Shown here piece by piece: positions 27,839-40,575 of a stretch of DNA of 64,000 bases. The stretch's first letter is position 1, and each line of letters starts with the position of its first letter. The DNA is taken from the NCBI GenBank assembly GCA_043228905.1, contig JBHGNT010000017.1:3162001-3226000 (forward strand), read 5' to 3'. Under the pieces are notes generated by a model. It was not told the DNA's origin. It ran no database searches and saw nothing but the letters and a program-made list of their open reading frames with translations. Position numbers and translations under genes: made by a program. Source of the DNA: Azolla caroliniana. Lineage: Eukaryota > Plantae > Polypodiophyta.

Positions 27839-29740
27839 GCACTTGGGAGTGTACTGATGCAAGTTCTGGTGATGAGTTCTTAAGCCAGTGAATCTTTCTA
27901 TTTGTGTGTGGAAATGATGCTTTGTTGGTTGATACTATTTGTCTTTTCTACTGTGTCATTGAACTGAAATTGAGATGAAATAAATATCATTATCTAACAT
28001 GCATTGCAAGCATTAGGAATTAGGATATTGAATGTCATCATATTTTTCAATATCCTACCATTTTCAATGTATAATATCAATGTCAGAGTGGTCTGTATCG
28101 TGGAAGTATATCAAATAAAATGATTTGATTCAATAATTTGTGCACTGTAAAGAAGTTAGTGTCAACTCTAGAGTATTAGAGTATTGGCAAAAGTTGCTTG
28201 ATCAATCTCTTTTCCATAGCTCCTTCAAAGAAATAGATACATCCTGGATTATGTATATTTTGAGGATTGAATTGATGACCATAAGTGAACTATGTCTACC
28301 TAACTACTTTGCCTTCCATCCCTTGTCGACACTACCAATTCTTATCGGATTTTATCATACCAATATTTTTGCTCATGAACAATTTAGCCTCATACATTTG
28401 TATCAAGAATGTCGTTTCTGTGATCACTAGAATGTTTGTATGTAAACAAAATAGGAAAACATAGCCTCAAGTAAACTGCAAGAGAATATTGAAATGGCTT
28501 GTGTGTTGAAGGCTAAAATTTTGATGTCTCACTTTAGTCATTTTTATCACCGTGCATTTGTACCAAGAACATTCTCCATTTCTTGGATACTTGAAATGTT
28601 ACAAAGATAGCATTCTATAAAATATGAAAAATATGAGAAAAAGTTAACATCAATATACTCCTTAAAGAGGAGACTTGTGATGATGAATTTGTCATCCTTT
28701 CTTATATTTGAGATTGTCGTCTCTAGCCTGAGGCATTTTATGAAACTTTGGGATGATATGCCTGTGTATTTCTAGTGTAATAGGGTTATTGGAGTTTGAG
28801 TGTGCATGATACGTCAAAGAACATAAAGAGTGGCTTGGGCATGAGTTGTATGTAAAGATTTCTAACAAGAGACCTTTAAAGCAATGCATGGTACTCTTGT
28901 TGGCAAAAATTTGAGTTTGACTTAGAGTTTTGTTCATTAAGATGAGATGCTCGTAACTTGTGATGAAGTAGAGTTTGAAGCCCATATGAGAGCATTTGGT
29001 AAGAATATGTATAATGTAGTTATAAATATACATGTATAATACGTTTGTGGAGTATATTAGGTAAAGATAGGTCCATTCACTTATAGACAACTATTTGGTT
29101 GGCTACAATGTGGATTGCTATTTTGTAGACATACACCTTGGACAACATACTACCAATTGGGCTCACTATATAAAGTGCACTTCTTCCCACTATCTTAGTG
29201 ACGTAGTGATTAAATTTTAGTACAATTCTCTTGTATTTTGATGTTTGCATTTTCTTAGTAGCAACAATGGAATCCAAGAGGCAATCAATCCCATTGCTCA
29301 AGTCAGCTGCAACATAGATTTAATGCTCCAATTTAGGTTGCGCCACACACATTTTTCTTCCTTACATTTAATCAGCTCCATGTTTGGTTTGCATGTGAGC
29401 ATAGTTAATTGTTCAAATCTTTGTCAATGTAATGTAATAGAATGGGCAAAACGCAACCAACATAAATATACAACAACACAGAGAGAAACTTCATATTGAT
29501 TCCTATGAAATTGTGGGGACGACAATGAATGAGATGGTTATTTTTATTTTTATTTTAGTAACACTTTTACTACTAGTGGGAAACCTCAGAGGTGAAAACC
29601 CACAAAGAATAAAGAAAAATATACAAGTGTCGATTAGACACTAAAGAGCTTAAAAGCACGCAAAGCAAAGGTTGTAAATTTGGAGTGTGATGTCTCTAAG
29701 TTGCAAACAATCAAATAGAGATTGCCTGAGGGATTGCTTA

Positions 29741-29812
29741 AAGAAGCTAACTTCATGGTCAGGATGATGCGCATTGCAAGCACACACGAATGGGTTCGAT
29801 CCCATGCTTTTA
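29741..29812 (+). pseudogene. Degenerate tRNA-like element (SINE head or tRNA pseudogene)
   Basis: Acceptor-like aagaagc/gctttta, A-box-like taacttcatgg, T-arm atggg-ttcgat-cccat. The anticodon arm is degenerate. Confidence 0.45.
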
Positions 29813-30247
29813 TGGATCAATCGGGAGGGGGTGGGGGGGTCGATTGTGACCTAATTGTTTTGCGAATCCGAAAGGCAGTCTCTTTGACTGTCTGTGAAGG
29901 TGCATAGACTGTCCTGTCTATTAAGGTGCCCAAGTCCGGATTTGTTATGATGGCCACGAGTCCGATTGTTTTTTATGATGGCACATTGGGATGTATGTGT
30001 GTGGGGGTGCCCATTTAGTTAAAAGAAGAAAAAAAAGGTCTGGTTTGGAGGCCATTTCATCCAAAGGCCAAGCAATGGATGGGGCCTTTGAGATCCCATC
30101 CTCATCCATATCCATTTCTCAAAGAAATAACACACAGAGCAAAGAGGAGGTCTCTCTGTCTCTCTGTCTCTGTCTCTTTTTCTCTGCAGAGATTGTTCTG
30201 TTTTGCCAGGAATCAGCTGCAAGCTAGCAGCTACCTGAATTCATTCA

Positions 30248-31291
30248 ATGGCGAGCCTTCACCTCCATGCTCGCCTGATGACTCCTCCCCCTGCTCCCAT
30301 CCTCTCCCCCAGAACCTCCATTAAACCCACCCATGGCGCCTCCTTCCTCTTCTCCTCCAGAGCTCCAAGCTTCCCAGCTCCCATGGCTTCTTTCAGCATC
30401 GATCCTCATCTTCCTCTTGCTTTCCTCGAGGATGCGAGTAGCAGCTCGGGCCTAGGGTTGGCTCTGGCGAGTGGAGGGGTCATAGCCATTCTCGCTACCA
30501 CGCTGTCTCTGGCAGACCCCCAGAAGCGGCGGCAGCAGGAAGCTGCGACAGTGGGAGGGAATGAGAAGGACGCGGTGCGGAACTACTTCAACACAGCCGG
30601 ATTCGACAGGTGGCGCCGCATCTATGGAACCACAGATGATGTCAATGACGTACAGTTGGACATCCGGAAAGGCCATGCCATCACGGTAGAGAAGGTGCTA
30701 GCCTTCTTGAAGCAGAAGGAAGGGCTGGAAGGGGTGAGTGTGTGTGATGCAGGGTGTGGCACAGGTAGCTTAACCATCCCTATGGTCCTTGAAGGCGCCC
30801 TTGTGAGTGCTAGCGACATCTCAGAAGCTATGGTATCGGAGGCATCGAGAAGAGTTGCAGAGGCCATCGACGAAGCGAAGAAGAACAAAGCCGCATCTCC
30901 TCGCGCCGAAACCCTAACCCTAACCACGCCACAATTCCAGACCAGCGACCTCGAATCGTTGCAAGGGAAGTATCACACTGTGGCTTGCATAGATGTGCTC
31001 ATACATTACCCTCAAGAGAAGGTGGGAGGCATGATTGCACACCTTGCTTCTCTCGCGGAGAGAAGGCTTATCATTAGTTTTGCCCCCAAGATGCCTCTGT
31101 TGGTTCTGTTGAAGAGGATTGGAGAGCTCTTTCCTGGACCCTCGAAGGCCACCAGGGCTTATTTACATTCGGAGGCCGAAATCGAAGAAGCTCTTAATGC
31201 CGTCGGATGGACAATCCGACAGAGAGATATGACTTCTACCAAGTTTTACTACTCCAGGCTCCTAGAGGCTGTCCCTATGGGTAAGAGCTGA
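30248..31291 (+). CDS. CHLM: Magnesium-protoporphyrin IX methyltransferase, chloroplastic (intronless CDS)
   Basis: Transit peptide, then SLADP..RRQ.....VGG.EK..VR.YFN..GF.RW..IYG.TD.VN.VQ.DIR.GH, the SAM motif VCDAGCGTG, DVLIHYP and GELFPGPSKATRAYLH. Confidence 0.97.
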   Translation: MASLHLHARLMTPPPAPILSPRTSIKPTHGASFLFSSRAPSFPAPMASFSIDPHLPLAFLEDASSSSGLGLALASGGVIAILATTLSLADPQKRRQQEAATVGGNEKDAVRNYFNTAGFDRWRRIYGTTDDVNDVQLDIRKGHAITVEKVLAFLKQKEGLEGVSVCDAGCGTGSLTIPMVLEGALVSASDISEAMVSEASRRVAEAIDEAKKNKAASPRAETLTLTTPQFQTSDLESLQGKYHTVACIDVLIHYPQEKVGGMIAHLASLAERRLIISFAPKMPLLVLLKRIGELFPGPSKATRAYLHSEAEIEEALNAVGWTIRQRDMTSTKFYYSRLLEAVPMGKS

Positions 31292-32770
31292 GATGAAAAT
31301 GAAATGTCTCTTTTCAAGTGTTTGCTCATAACTACTTACCCCTATGGAACCTCCTCTTCTTCCTATGTAATTTGATCATAATTATTACCCTTTTGAGATG
31401 TCTCCTTAATGTATTCTGATCATAATAACCCTTTAGTGTTCCCTCACATTTTTTTGCTACATCATTACAGCAACTCTAGCTTTCGTTGCATATTATATCT
31501 ATTTCTTAATAACTCATGATGAAATTGCCTATGGTAAAATCAGTGCAGCAAACTCCAAAAATTGGATGGCTCTATGGTGATTTATTGCATGTTTTTGTAT
31601 CATGATGTCATCTAACCATTTGACTGAATGGATGCATAGCAACATAAAAAATTTATAATTCACACTTAATAGATAGTTTTCCATAACATGCATAGCTTTT
31701 GGACTCAAGGAAGATTTATTGTCAGTTCAGTTGAAAGAGCTTTCTGTCAAGTTGTAGGGCTTTACCCTGCTGTCCAATTCAAAATCTCATCACTCAATTG
31801 CTAATATTTTACTAACCAGATAATAGCATATACAACAAATGGTCGAGAATCTCTTCTACAACTGTTACATTATAAATTTTTACACCATCCAACTGTTATG
31901 TCAGGTTGCATATTACATGTTCTTTAACGCATCCCTTATCGTGTGGATAATTCATAATTACCGTGGAAACCTGATTTTATCCCAGTAGGTCACCATTGCC
32001 AACTTTAAAGATACCAAAGCAATCAGATTCCAAGGTAAGCCGAGACTAACAAGCAAGCCATGTAATTCACTGAGACTAAAAAGGAAGATTCATAATTTGC
32101 AAATATGAGCTAGTGAGAATGCCCCCAAGGATAAATTAGAATGCAAGCATATTGGAATTTGAAAACAATTTTTTTTGGTGATCATTAATAATTATATATG
32201 GTCTTACAATGAAAGCATAGCTTGCTCAAAACTATTTGTTAATTATGATACAACAATATGCTCCGTAGAGTTAAAGCCTCTGCATGACAAAAATATGCAA
32301 AACTCACAAACATTTGGTAGATACAAGCATCGTTAAAAAAGAATTATGCCTTACCACAATCACTTGATGTGTAGGAGTTTTCAAAATTAACCAATGTTCA
32401 AGTATATCGCATCTTTCAAAAGTAGACATATAATCATGAAATATAACCAAAATTAAAGTAATCAAGAGAAGGATAAAAGAGGAAATGGTATACTTTCATA
32501 ATCAATAAACATATGCAGAGATGTATACCGCTTTTAGCACTACTACTATAGGATTGTTGCGTCTCATTTCAAAAGTAGAGAGCGACATTTGAGCAGGATG
32601 TGTTGGATGCTTGGCTGCATCTAATTGGCTAAAATATTTGCTTCATTCATAATGTAGAATTTTCTTGTCCAAATTCCCATGTTTGCAGGGTGGCGGTTTT
32701 CTCTCTGCCATTTAGCATCCAATGATGTGGTACGATTCATGCATATGCCCAAACTATTTCTGCTGTGTGT

Positions 32771-35591
32771 TTAATCTTCCTCCTTCATTAGCTCTTTCAG
32801 CGCACTAGCTGCCGTCACCTTTTCTGGTACAAAATCTGTTATACTCAAATGACAACCAAATCAACACCAAACATTTGTTTACATACAAAATCTTTATTCT
32901 TAACGCCCATTTCACTACTTTATGTAGATTTACTGATGAGAAAACACTGAAAGCCTAATCAAAGAACATAGTCTACAAGATGCACAGAAACTATTATCTA
33001 AAGCGACATGGTCTACTTATTTTGTGCCTGCTTGAGGATTTCATCAACAGTAAAATCCACATTAGTCCAACCCTAAGAGATGTCTAATAAATGACTTTTA
33101 CTAAAGACAATAATCCTAGTCCTAGGGCCAGAAAGACAGACTAGGAATAACATGAAGAAGACATAAGGATTGCAATTTTAGTTCATGCAAATGACTAGGG
33201 ATAGGAGTTTTCAGGGTCCTGCTTCTATGCTTCTGAAACTGTCAAAAAATTAATTGCACGAGGTTCTTTTTTATGCTTCATCAGCTCAAATTTTATACAG
33301 CTCAAGGGCTAAATTTTGTATTTCCCTGAAGATCTATAATTCATTGTACAGATATTCATTCTTTTTATATTCCAAGTTAAAACTGAGAGTCATAGAGAGC
33401 AAATATCATCCAAAATACAAAACCGTTTATCAAGATCATACATTACTTTTACCTGCTAGAAAGTGGAACCTTTTTGCTGCTCTTACATTTGTTGCTGCAA
33501 TATCAGAAATACAATTTTTTCTTCAATTACTTGTAGACCGAAAATAATTTTTTTTTGAATTAAGATACATCATAAGACACCAGACACAATGTCATCATAA
33601 GGAAGCGGTCATGTCATTTGCAAGTCATAAATTTGGTTCCTATACATCCTCTTCTTTGGAGCACTAGTCTCTTCCTGTTTCCCCTACATTAAGAATCCTG
33701 GTGTAATTGACCCCACAGCTGTTGCAGTTCTTCCCATTATTGTTTCAATGTCCAACCCATCTACTGCAAATTCTACAAAGAGATCCTTCTCTACAAGCAC
33801 TTAACCATTCCATAACGAATGCTTCAGTCACAACCTCTACATTGAGTAACAAATGAAACTGGTCATAAGGTCTTTGACCTGAGAATCTATAGCTACCCCA
33901 TGCAATGCAATTTCACATTTTACAATTGCTATTTTTACAATGAGTACGTGCCATTATCTAGCCTGATCTAGTAGATGCAACTGAAATAGTGCACTGGTTA
34001 ATCAAGTGAAATGCCAAGCTGTAATTTAACAATTCATACTACAGAAGTATGCATTGTATCAGGTCTCCAGGCATCTTAGAGCAAAGTTCGCAATCCCTTT
34101 TCCATCTCCTTTACTTCTTAATTGCTATCAGAAAATTGAAATCCATGCCAATGAATATTTCATTAAACATAAATACAAGGGGGTTATGAAGAAAAAGAAG
34201 CCCACCAAGATCCTTATAGTTCAGACTATGTCTTCTATCGCCAATCATGTGTTCAAATGATAGCTCTACAAACTTCTCTAGAAACAACGCCTGCAAAATA
34301 AATCATCAATGTTTTACACGTTTTGGAGAGGGTGAAAGAAAGATATTGTAAAATCAATCATGAATCTATTATGAATTTTATATTTAGATAGATAGATTTA
34401 TTTTTAACGTTCACAGAAGAGCAATTGTGATCTATGAGACAGGGCCTAGTCCATGGTGAGGATCAAACTTTCTCAATTTTATGATGTTTGATGCTACAGT
34501 ATTAACCACCAAGCCAACAGCCAAAGAGAGAGAACAAAATAGCTTCCACAAACAATTATCAATCTTTACAAAATGTAGCGAGAGAGAATAAAATAGCTTG
34601 CAAAAGCAATCATCTATATTATGGAAAGCTTGAAGAGTGAGACACGGTGCTCTAAACTTAAAAGTTACTGGGTATTTGGAACATTAATTTCTTAGAAAGA
34701 AAAAGGAAATCGCTATTTACATTGAAAGTTATGAAATTAGTTTATGGTAGATGATCCATATAATGTGAAGTGTTAATAAATTCATTTTCAATGATGAGCA
34801 TCTATATGGAAATTGTGTGTGTGAGTGTGTGTGAGAGAGAGAGAGAGGGAGAGAATTATGTTAATATCTGTTGGAGGCTGGAATTGATTGAAAAAAGCAG
34901 TTACACATAATTGTTTTCAAAATATTTAAATTTCTTTTTTTGCCTTTATTTCCAAATATATAAATTTGTAAAGAAAATAGTGGAGTTGTGTTCTTTTTAT
35001 AAGTATTTTCAAGCAGAAAGTTCAAATTTTAGACAATTAGTGAAAACGGCACCTTCTTTGTACCGAATACATGTAAAGAAGAAAGAATATGAGATGCATA
35101 TATATACGACATCAACGAAAAAGATGTTTTTTTATAGATATGCATATCACAATAAAGAAAGAGAAAGCTTTAGACATACATACCACAGCTTTGGCGATGA
35201 CATAGGAAGCTTCAGAGCTCATGCGAGTATCTCCATCGTTTCTGATGAGTCTCTTCACTCTCGCGAGAGGGAAAGGAATGTTGGAAAGAGATGCTTTCTT
35301 AAGCTGAGGGGACTTGGAAGAAGAACTAGAATGTCTACTGTTATTAGAGGAAGCACTCTGGTATTCACTATTAGCGGTTGTTGTTTCTGTATGTTGTCGA
35401 TGACGATGTAATTGGTCTTCTTCTTCTTCTTCTTCTTCCTCCTCCTCCTCCTCTTCTTCTTCTTCCTCCATGTCTTCTTCATCTTCGATTTCTTCAGGAT
35501 CTTCTTCCTCCTGTTGGAGCTCTAGCTCTTGCTCTGATGGTGGGTATGGCGTGGTCTGCTGACCATTGGGGAGAGGACCTGATACCACCAT
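32771..35591 (-). CDS. Histone-fold protein, DNA polymerase epsilon subunit DPB3/POLE4 (NF-YC10)-like, with acidic N-terminus; 4 exons
   Basis: Exons approx. 35591-35184 (poly-E; FPLARVKRLIR..RMSSEASYVIAKA), 34290-34206 (LFLEKFVELSF..RHSLNYKDL), 33494-33453 (ATNVRAAKRFHFLA) and 32836-32771 (DFVPEKVTAASALKELMKEED*). Confidence 0.82.
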
Positions 35592-35672
35592 GGCATGAGA
35601 GGTCTTGGTGGGCAGCTCTCTGTCTCTCTCTCTATGCCTCTGTCTCTGTCTCTCTCTCTCTCTATATATATG

Positions 35673-35717
<45 letters not shown>

Positions 35718-35912
35718 CTTCCAACATCTTGAAAATGTGCCCCATGTCAAAAGCAAGTGTTAAGTGTTGGTTAATAGCCTCCCTACTCACTCACTCACTA
35801 CACAAAAATTCGAATCTCGTGTGTGCTCGCATTGCTCTTCCGAATGGCACACTCTGGTCTCTTCTGGACAACCATGCCGACCACACGATCTCTCTCTCTC
35901 TCACTCACTCTC

Positions 35913-36060
35913 TAGAATAAGGGTTAGGTCGTGTTAATGGAGTCTCCAAAGAGGATGGGATATGTAGCTTCTGTAACATAGAGATAAAGGATGAGTATCA
36001 CTTTACATGCAAGTGTCTAGCTTACATCGACATAAGGGAAATAATACCAAGACATACTAG
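35913..36060 (+). mobile_element. LINE ORF2 C-terminal zinc-knuckle fragment
   Basis: Reads ..GR.NGVSKEDGICSFCNIEIKDEYHFTCKCLAYIDIR, the CX2C..E.H...C..Y...R C-terminal motif of LINEs. Confidence 0.6.
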
Positions 36061-36894
36061 GACCCTCTCCCAACTATTGGATACCTCGGATATAAAGATA
36101 TTACGTAGGTTTATCTTAGAGCTAAACATAGAGAGAAAAAGCTACACAGTGTTAACCATAATCTTCCTAATATACACTAATATGTAACCACTGAAATTTT
36201 TTAGGGATAGGGGGGACGATGAACGTGGATACACCTGCACCACATCAGCCTGTCCCTTGTTTTAGTAGAAAAGGCCCTCGGATACCAGGTTTCCAAGTCA
36301 TTTGTTGTGTAGAAGCAATCAAGAAGATAAGGGAATGTGAGTTACGCCACCTAGAAGATATGGTTGACATGCCTTTTACATCGGGATCACCAGGCCACAC
36401 TTGCATCGAAACCCTTTGACCTCCCGCTCCTTTTCGAGAGATTTGGATGGAAATTAAACTAGTCCTAGCACATTGCCATTTCCTATTGAGCGGCAAGCTC
36501 AACCAGAGCCAGACCGGCTGAATAAGCGAGAGGAATCGGTATGCCGGTGAGCAACTGAGCTGGTAAGCAGTAAGGACCGGTAAACGAGAGGAGCCGGTAT
36601 GCCGGATCCAATCCGTAACCGGAAGCCTAGTATAGGTTAGACTACTAGGCAGTTATAGTCTCGTAGTTAGTGTCAGATGCTCGTGTGAGCATTGAAGTAC
36701 ACCGTACTTCTAACAGTCCCGTGTGGACTTGTATAAATAGCGCTGATGAGCGCGTTGTAGATACAGAGCACAAAGTATTCATATAATTTTGGAAAATAGT
36801 GTGTTTTGCTCTCTCTCTCTCTCTCCCGCGTACTCTCTCTCTCTCTCTCTCAGTGTATTGTTCTTTCTAACGCTTCCGCAAGCAATCCTTTACA

Positions 36895-36905
36895 TGGTAT
36901 CAGAG
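36895..36905 (+). promoter_or_regulatory. Primer-binding site (tRNA-iMet) of the copia element
   Basis: TGGTATCAGAG immediately follows the LTR end ...tttaca. Confidence 0.9.
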
Positions 36906-36988
36906 TGCGTGGGTTGAGAACCTCTGCTGCAGACATCTACGCTTGTGAAGGAAACCCTAACAGATCGGAAAGCAGACACAAAGGAGAA

Positions 36989-39023
36989 ATGGATAGAGGT
37001 ATGGCTACGTCGCTCCCGGTGGAGAAGCTCGACAGAACCAACTACGCATCTTGGTCATACAAGATGCACCAGTACCTACTTGGGCATGGCTACTGGAGTT
37101 ATGTTGACGTAGTGAACGACTTAGCACCGGAGACGACACAAGGACTTCCCAGTGTGGGAACAGGCGGCAAGCAGTGTGATGTACTGCTTCGCGTCCAGTG
37201 TCGGTGACCAGCTGCTTAGCCATATCCGTGATGCCAAGACACCGAAGGATGCTTGGGGAAACTTGAAAAAGGTTTTCGCCGCAAGCACCACTGCCCGGAA
37301 GCTGCAACTCAGACAAGAGTTGAGCAATGTTCGACAGAAGAACATGTCGGTGGCAGATTACACAGCCTGGATCAAAGGGATCTGTGACTCGCTTGCCTCT
37401 ATTAACATTACCGTAGAGGAAGACGAGATGGTGCAGGTCTGTCTTGGAGGACTGGCGTCCAAGTTCGGAGCTTTCCGGACTGCGGTTTGTACAAGGGAGA
37501 ATACGCCCTCATTTTTTGACTTACAGTCGATGCTCCTTGTAGAGGAGAACCACGCTGATGCATCTATTAGTGCATCCCCAGACAGCCGGATGCTGTACAC
37601 GGGAGCGGATCGGTCCCGTGGGCGTGGTGGACGAGGCAGGTCGGCACGCAATGGAGGCGGCCGGCAAGAGCAGGAACGAAGGCACAGTGAACGTGCCGAC
37701 AACAGTTCTGGGACTTCCACAAGAAGGGGGAGTCAAGGTGGTGCCGGAGGCCGGCAAGACAAATCCGCTACGGAATGCTGGTACTGTGACAAAAAGGGCC
37801 ACAGGGAAAGCGAATGCTGGAGAAAGCGTGCCGATTCGGACAAATTCGGATCCGGCAAGACCGACAAAGCTCTCACTACGCAAACGGATCGGGAGGATCC
37901 AAGAACGGTAAGGGGCCAGCCTTGGTGATGAAGCACAACGCAAACTCAATGAAGAAGACCACCTCCAAATTGGAGGAAGTGTGGTATGTTGACTCCGGTG
38001 CATCGAACCACATGACGAGCCACGGGGAGTGGTTCTCCTTTTTGGAGAAGCCGGATCAACCGAGAGTTGTCGAAACTAGAGACGACACTCCCCACCCGAT
38101 CGTGCACGTCGGAGAAGTCCCTTTGAGCCACGTTGGACAGAGGGGGAAGCTGATGAATGTATTACATGTTCTGACGATCACGAAGAACCTAGTGTCGGTC
38201 GGACAGATTGTCAACCAGGGGATGCAGGTGCGGTTTACGCACCTCGAGTGCTTCATTGAGGATGAGGGCGAAGTTATTGTGCAAGGGCACAGAGATGGGA
38301 GGATGTTTATCCTCAACACCAATGATATCGGCACCGCACTGCTCGCCAAAGGACAGAAGGTCGAGTCGGATATCGACCTGTGGCACAAGCGGATTGGCCA
38401 CGTCAACTACTGAAGGCTTCAAGACCTGCAAACAGAACAAGTCGTTTTCAGTTTGCAAAAGTTTAGCGGCCGGAGAGCCCAGATTTGTGAAGCTTGCCAA
38501 CTCGGGAAGCAACACCGGCTTCCATTCCCCACCGAAAGAAATCGAAGCCGTAACAAGCTCGATCTTATCCATTCGGATGTGTGGGGACCGACACAAAATG
38601 TTAGCATTGGCGGGAGTCGATATTTCGTCTCCTTCATTGAGTGGAAGAGCGAAGTCTTCAAGTGTTTCCGGAGCCTCCAGAAGATGGTGGAATGGGAATC
38701 GGAGAGGAAGATCAAATGCCTACGGTCGGATGGCGGAAAAGAGTACTTTTCCGGCCAATTCAACAACTATCTGCAACAAAAAGGAATTTGGCGAGAATTC
38801 AGCTGCAGATACACACCGCAATAGAATGGTGTGGCCGAAAGGAAGAATCGGTCGCTGATTGAGGCAGCTAGGGAAATGATGGAGGAAAAGAGCATGCCCA
38901 AGTTCTACTGGGCGGAGGCGGTCCAAATTGCCGTTTACATCCAAAACTGGATCGGAGACAAGGTGTCAAGTCACAAGTTGTATTTCGGGCGCAAGCCGAA
39001 CTTGAGACACCTCTGGATATTCG
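36989..39023 (+). pseudogene. Copia gag-protease-integrase, frameshifted and truncated
   Basis: KLDRTNYASW (gag N-terminus), CWYCDKKGHRESEC (Zn knuckle), WYVDSGASNHMT (protease), LWHKRIGH..CEACQLGKQ (INT Zn finger), LIHSDVWGP, LRSDGGKEY and TPQ*NGVAERKNR. Several frameshifts and stops. Confidence 0.92.
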
Positions 39024-40114
39024 GGCAAAGACTCTACCGCGCTTGAGGGGGAGACGCAAGGGCAAAGACTCTACCGCGGGCAAAGGCAAAAAAACTGTTG
39101 AACCCGTAGGTAAGAGAAGAACCGATAGAGGTGGAGACAAGAAGAAAAATGAAGCCAAGTCGACGAAGGAAGTTGGCACATCCGAACAGGTCGGAATAAA
39201 CGGTTGTGAAGAAGAAGTGTACACTCAGGAAGAGAAGTGCATGCTATGCGGAGGTCATCACGATCGTAATGGCCATGATGCAGAGTCGAATGAAGAATTC
39301 GACCTCGGTAAACCGGCTGAAGAAGCCAAGGGAAGCACGGAGAAGGCCAAGATCCGGACGTGGTCCGATGTGGTGAGAGGCCTGAAGCCGAAAATCGAAT
39401 CGGAGGATACCGATTCAGACAAGAGCTGGAACGAGTCGGAGACAGCCGATTCGGATCAACAAACGGATCCGGATGAGTCGGATCAACGAGAGGCCAAGGA
39501 GACACGGACGCAGCGGAAGTCGATGTCATCGCAGTGGAACCGATGGATCGGCAAGCGCTAGAGTCATAGCAGCGAAGGAGCTAAGATGGGCCTATTGAGC
39601 AGACATGCCGAAGGTCGAGGTGTGCAGAACCAAAGGGGTCGCGGCAAATGGAACCGGACCGGACAAGGAGCGCGAGCAAGGCGAAGCGACGCAGGAGAAG
39701 TCGGTTGGAAGAATCGGCTGCCACAAAGGTTGACACTACGACCCTACCTCAGGTTGAGCTTGAGGGGGAGTGTTGATCGGCAAGCTCAACCGGAGCCGGA
39801 TCGGCTAAATAAGCGAGAGGAATCGGTATTCCGGTGAGCAACCGAGCTGGTAAGCAGTAAGGACTGGTAAGCGAGAGGAGCCGGTATGCCGGATCCAATC
39901 CGTAACCGGAAACCTAGTATAGGTTAGACTACTAGGCAGTTATAGTCTCGTAGTTAGTGTCAGATGCTCGTGTGAGCATTGAAGTACACCGTACTTCTAA
40001 CAGTCCCGTGTGGACTTGTATAAATAGCGTTGATGAGCGGGTTGTAGATACAGAGCACAGAGTGTTTATATAATTTTGGAAAATAGTGTGTTTTGCACTC
40101 TTTGTCTCTCCCGC

Positions 40115-40161
<47 letters not shown>

Positions 40162-40387
40162 GTATTGTTCTTTCTAACTCTTCCGCAAGCAATCCTTTTC
40201 CTTTATAGAATATGTTAAACCCCATAACATCTTTTGTACCGCACTAAAACTCTTTTACCTATTTTTATTTTTCCATGATTGGGTATACATCCCATATTGT
40301 AACCAGTTGTCTCATGGGCCAATTTTGGACTTAGAAGATGTTAACATATATTTCTTTCTTTCTTCTTTCTTCTCTTTTTATCGTAAT

Positions 40388-40450
40388 TAGCTTACACTAG
40401 TTGTAAGTTGTTGCATTACAAGCACTATGTCTTGGGTTTGAAACCCAATT
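40388..40450 (+). pseudogene. Degenerate tRNA-like/SINE head, similar to 29741-29812
   Basis: Shares gcattRcaagcac with the 29.7-kb copy. T-arm ttggg-tttgaaa-cccaa. Confidence 0.35.
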
Positions 40451-40502
40451 TTCTCACATCTCCATTACATCATACATATCTCTTAATTCACTAGATGCCA
40501 TT

Positions 40503-40575
40503 ATGGAATATAGGGATTGAACCTATGAGACCCCCCGATCTGCATTGGGCAACCTTACCAACTAGCTACATCCAT
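40503..40575 (-). pseudogene. tRNA-Cys-derived pseudogene
   Basis: atggatg tagctagttggtaaggt tg cccaa-tgcaga tcggg gggtctc atagg ttcaatc cctat attccat. A and B boxes and a perfect T stem are present. The anticodon arm is derivable from CCCGA CTGCAGA TCGGG. Confidence 0.6.

Larger units (their letters stand above)
36484..40196 (+). mobile_element. Ty1/copia LTR retrotransposon, internally deleted (gag-PR-INT, no RT/RNaseH)
   Basis: LTRs at 36484-36894 and 39771-40196 (about 20 substitutions by eye, ~95% identical). TSD tttcc at 36479-36483 and 40197-40201. PBS tggtatcagag. PPT gagggggag at 39762-39770. Confidence 0.95.

Noticed and set aside
29082-29265. Possible short solo LTR (TATA, ends ..gcaaca)
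   Set aside because: No TG start or TSD could be identified.
35592-35756. N-terminal extension (ERERER...) of the 214-aa ORF
   Set aside because: It is a translation of the (GA)n 5'UTR microsatellite from a non-ATG start. The ATG at 35591 is the sensible start.
37005-39529. Multiple antisense ORFs within the copia element
   Set aside because: Shadows of GC-rich gag-pol coding sequence with no recognisable motifs.
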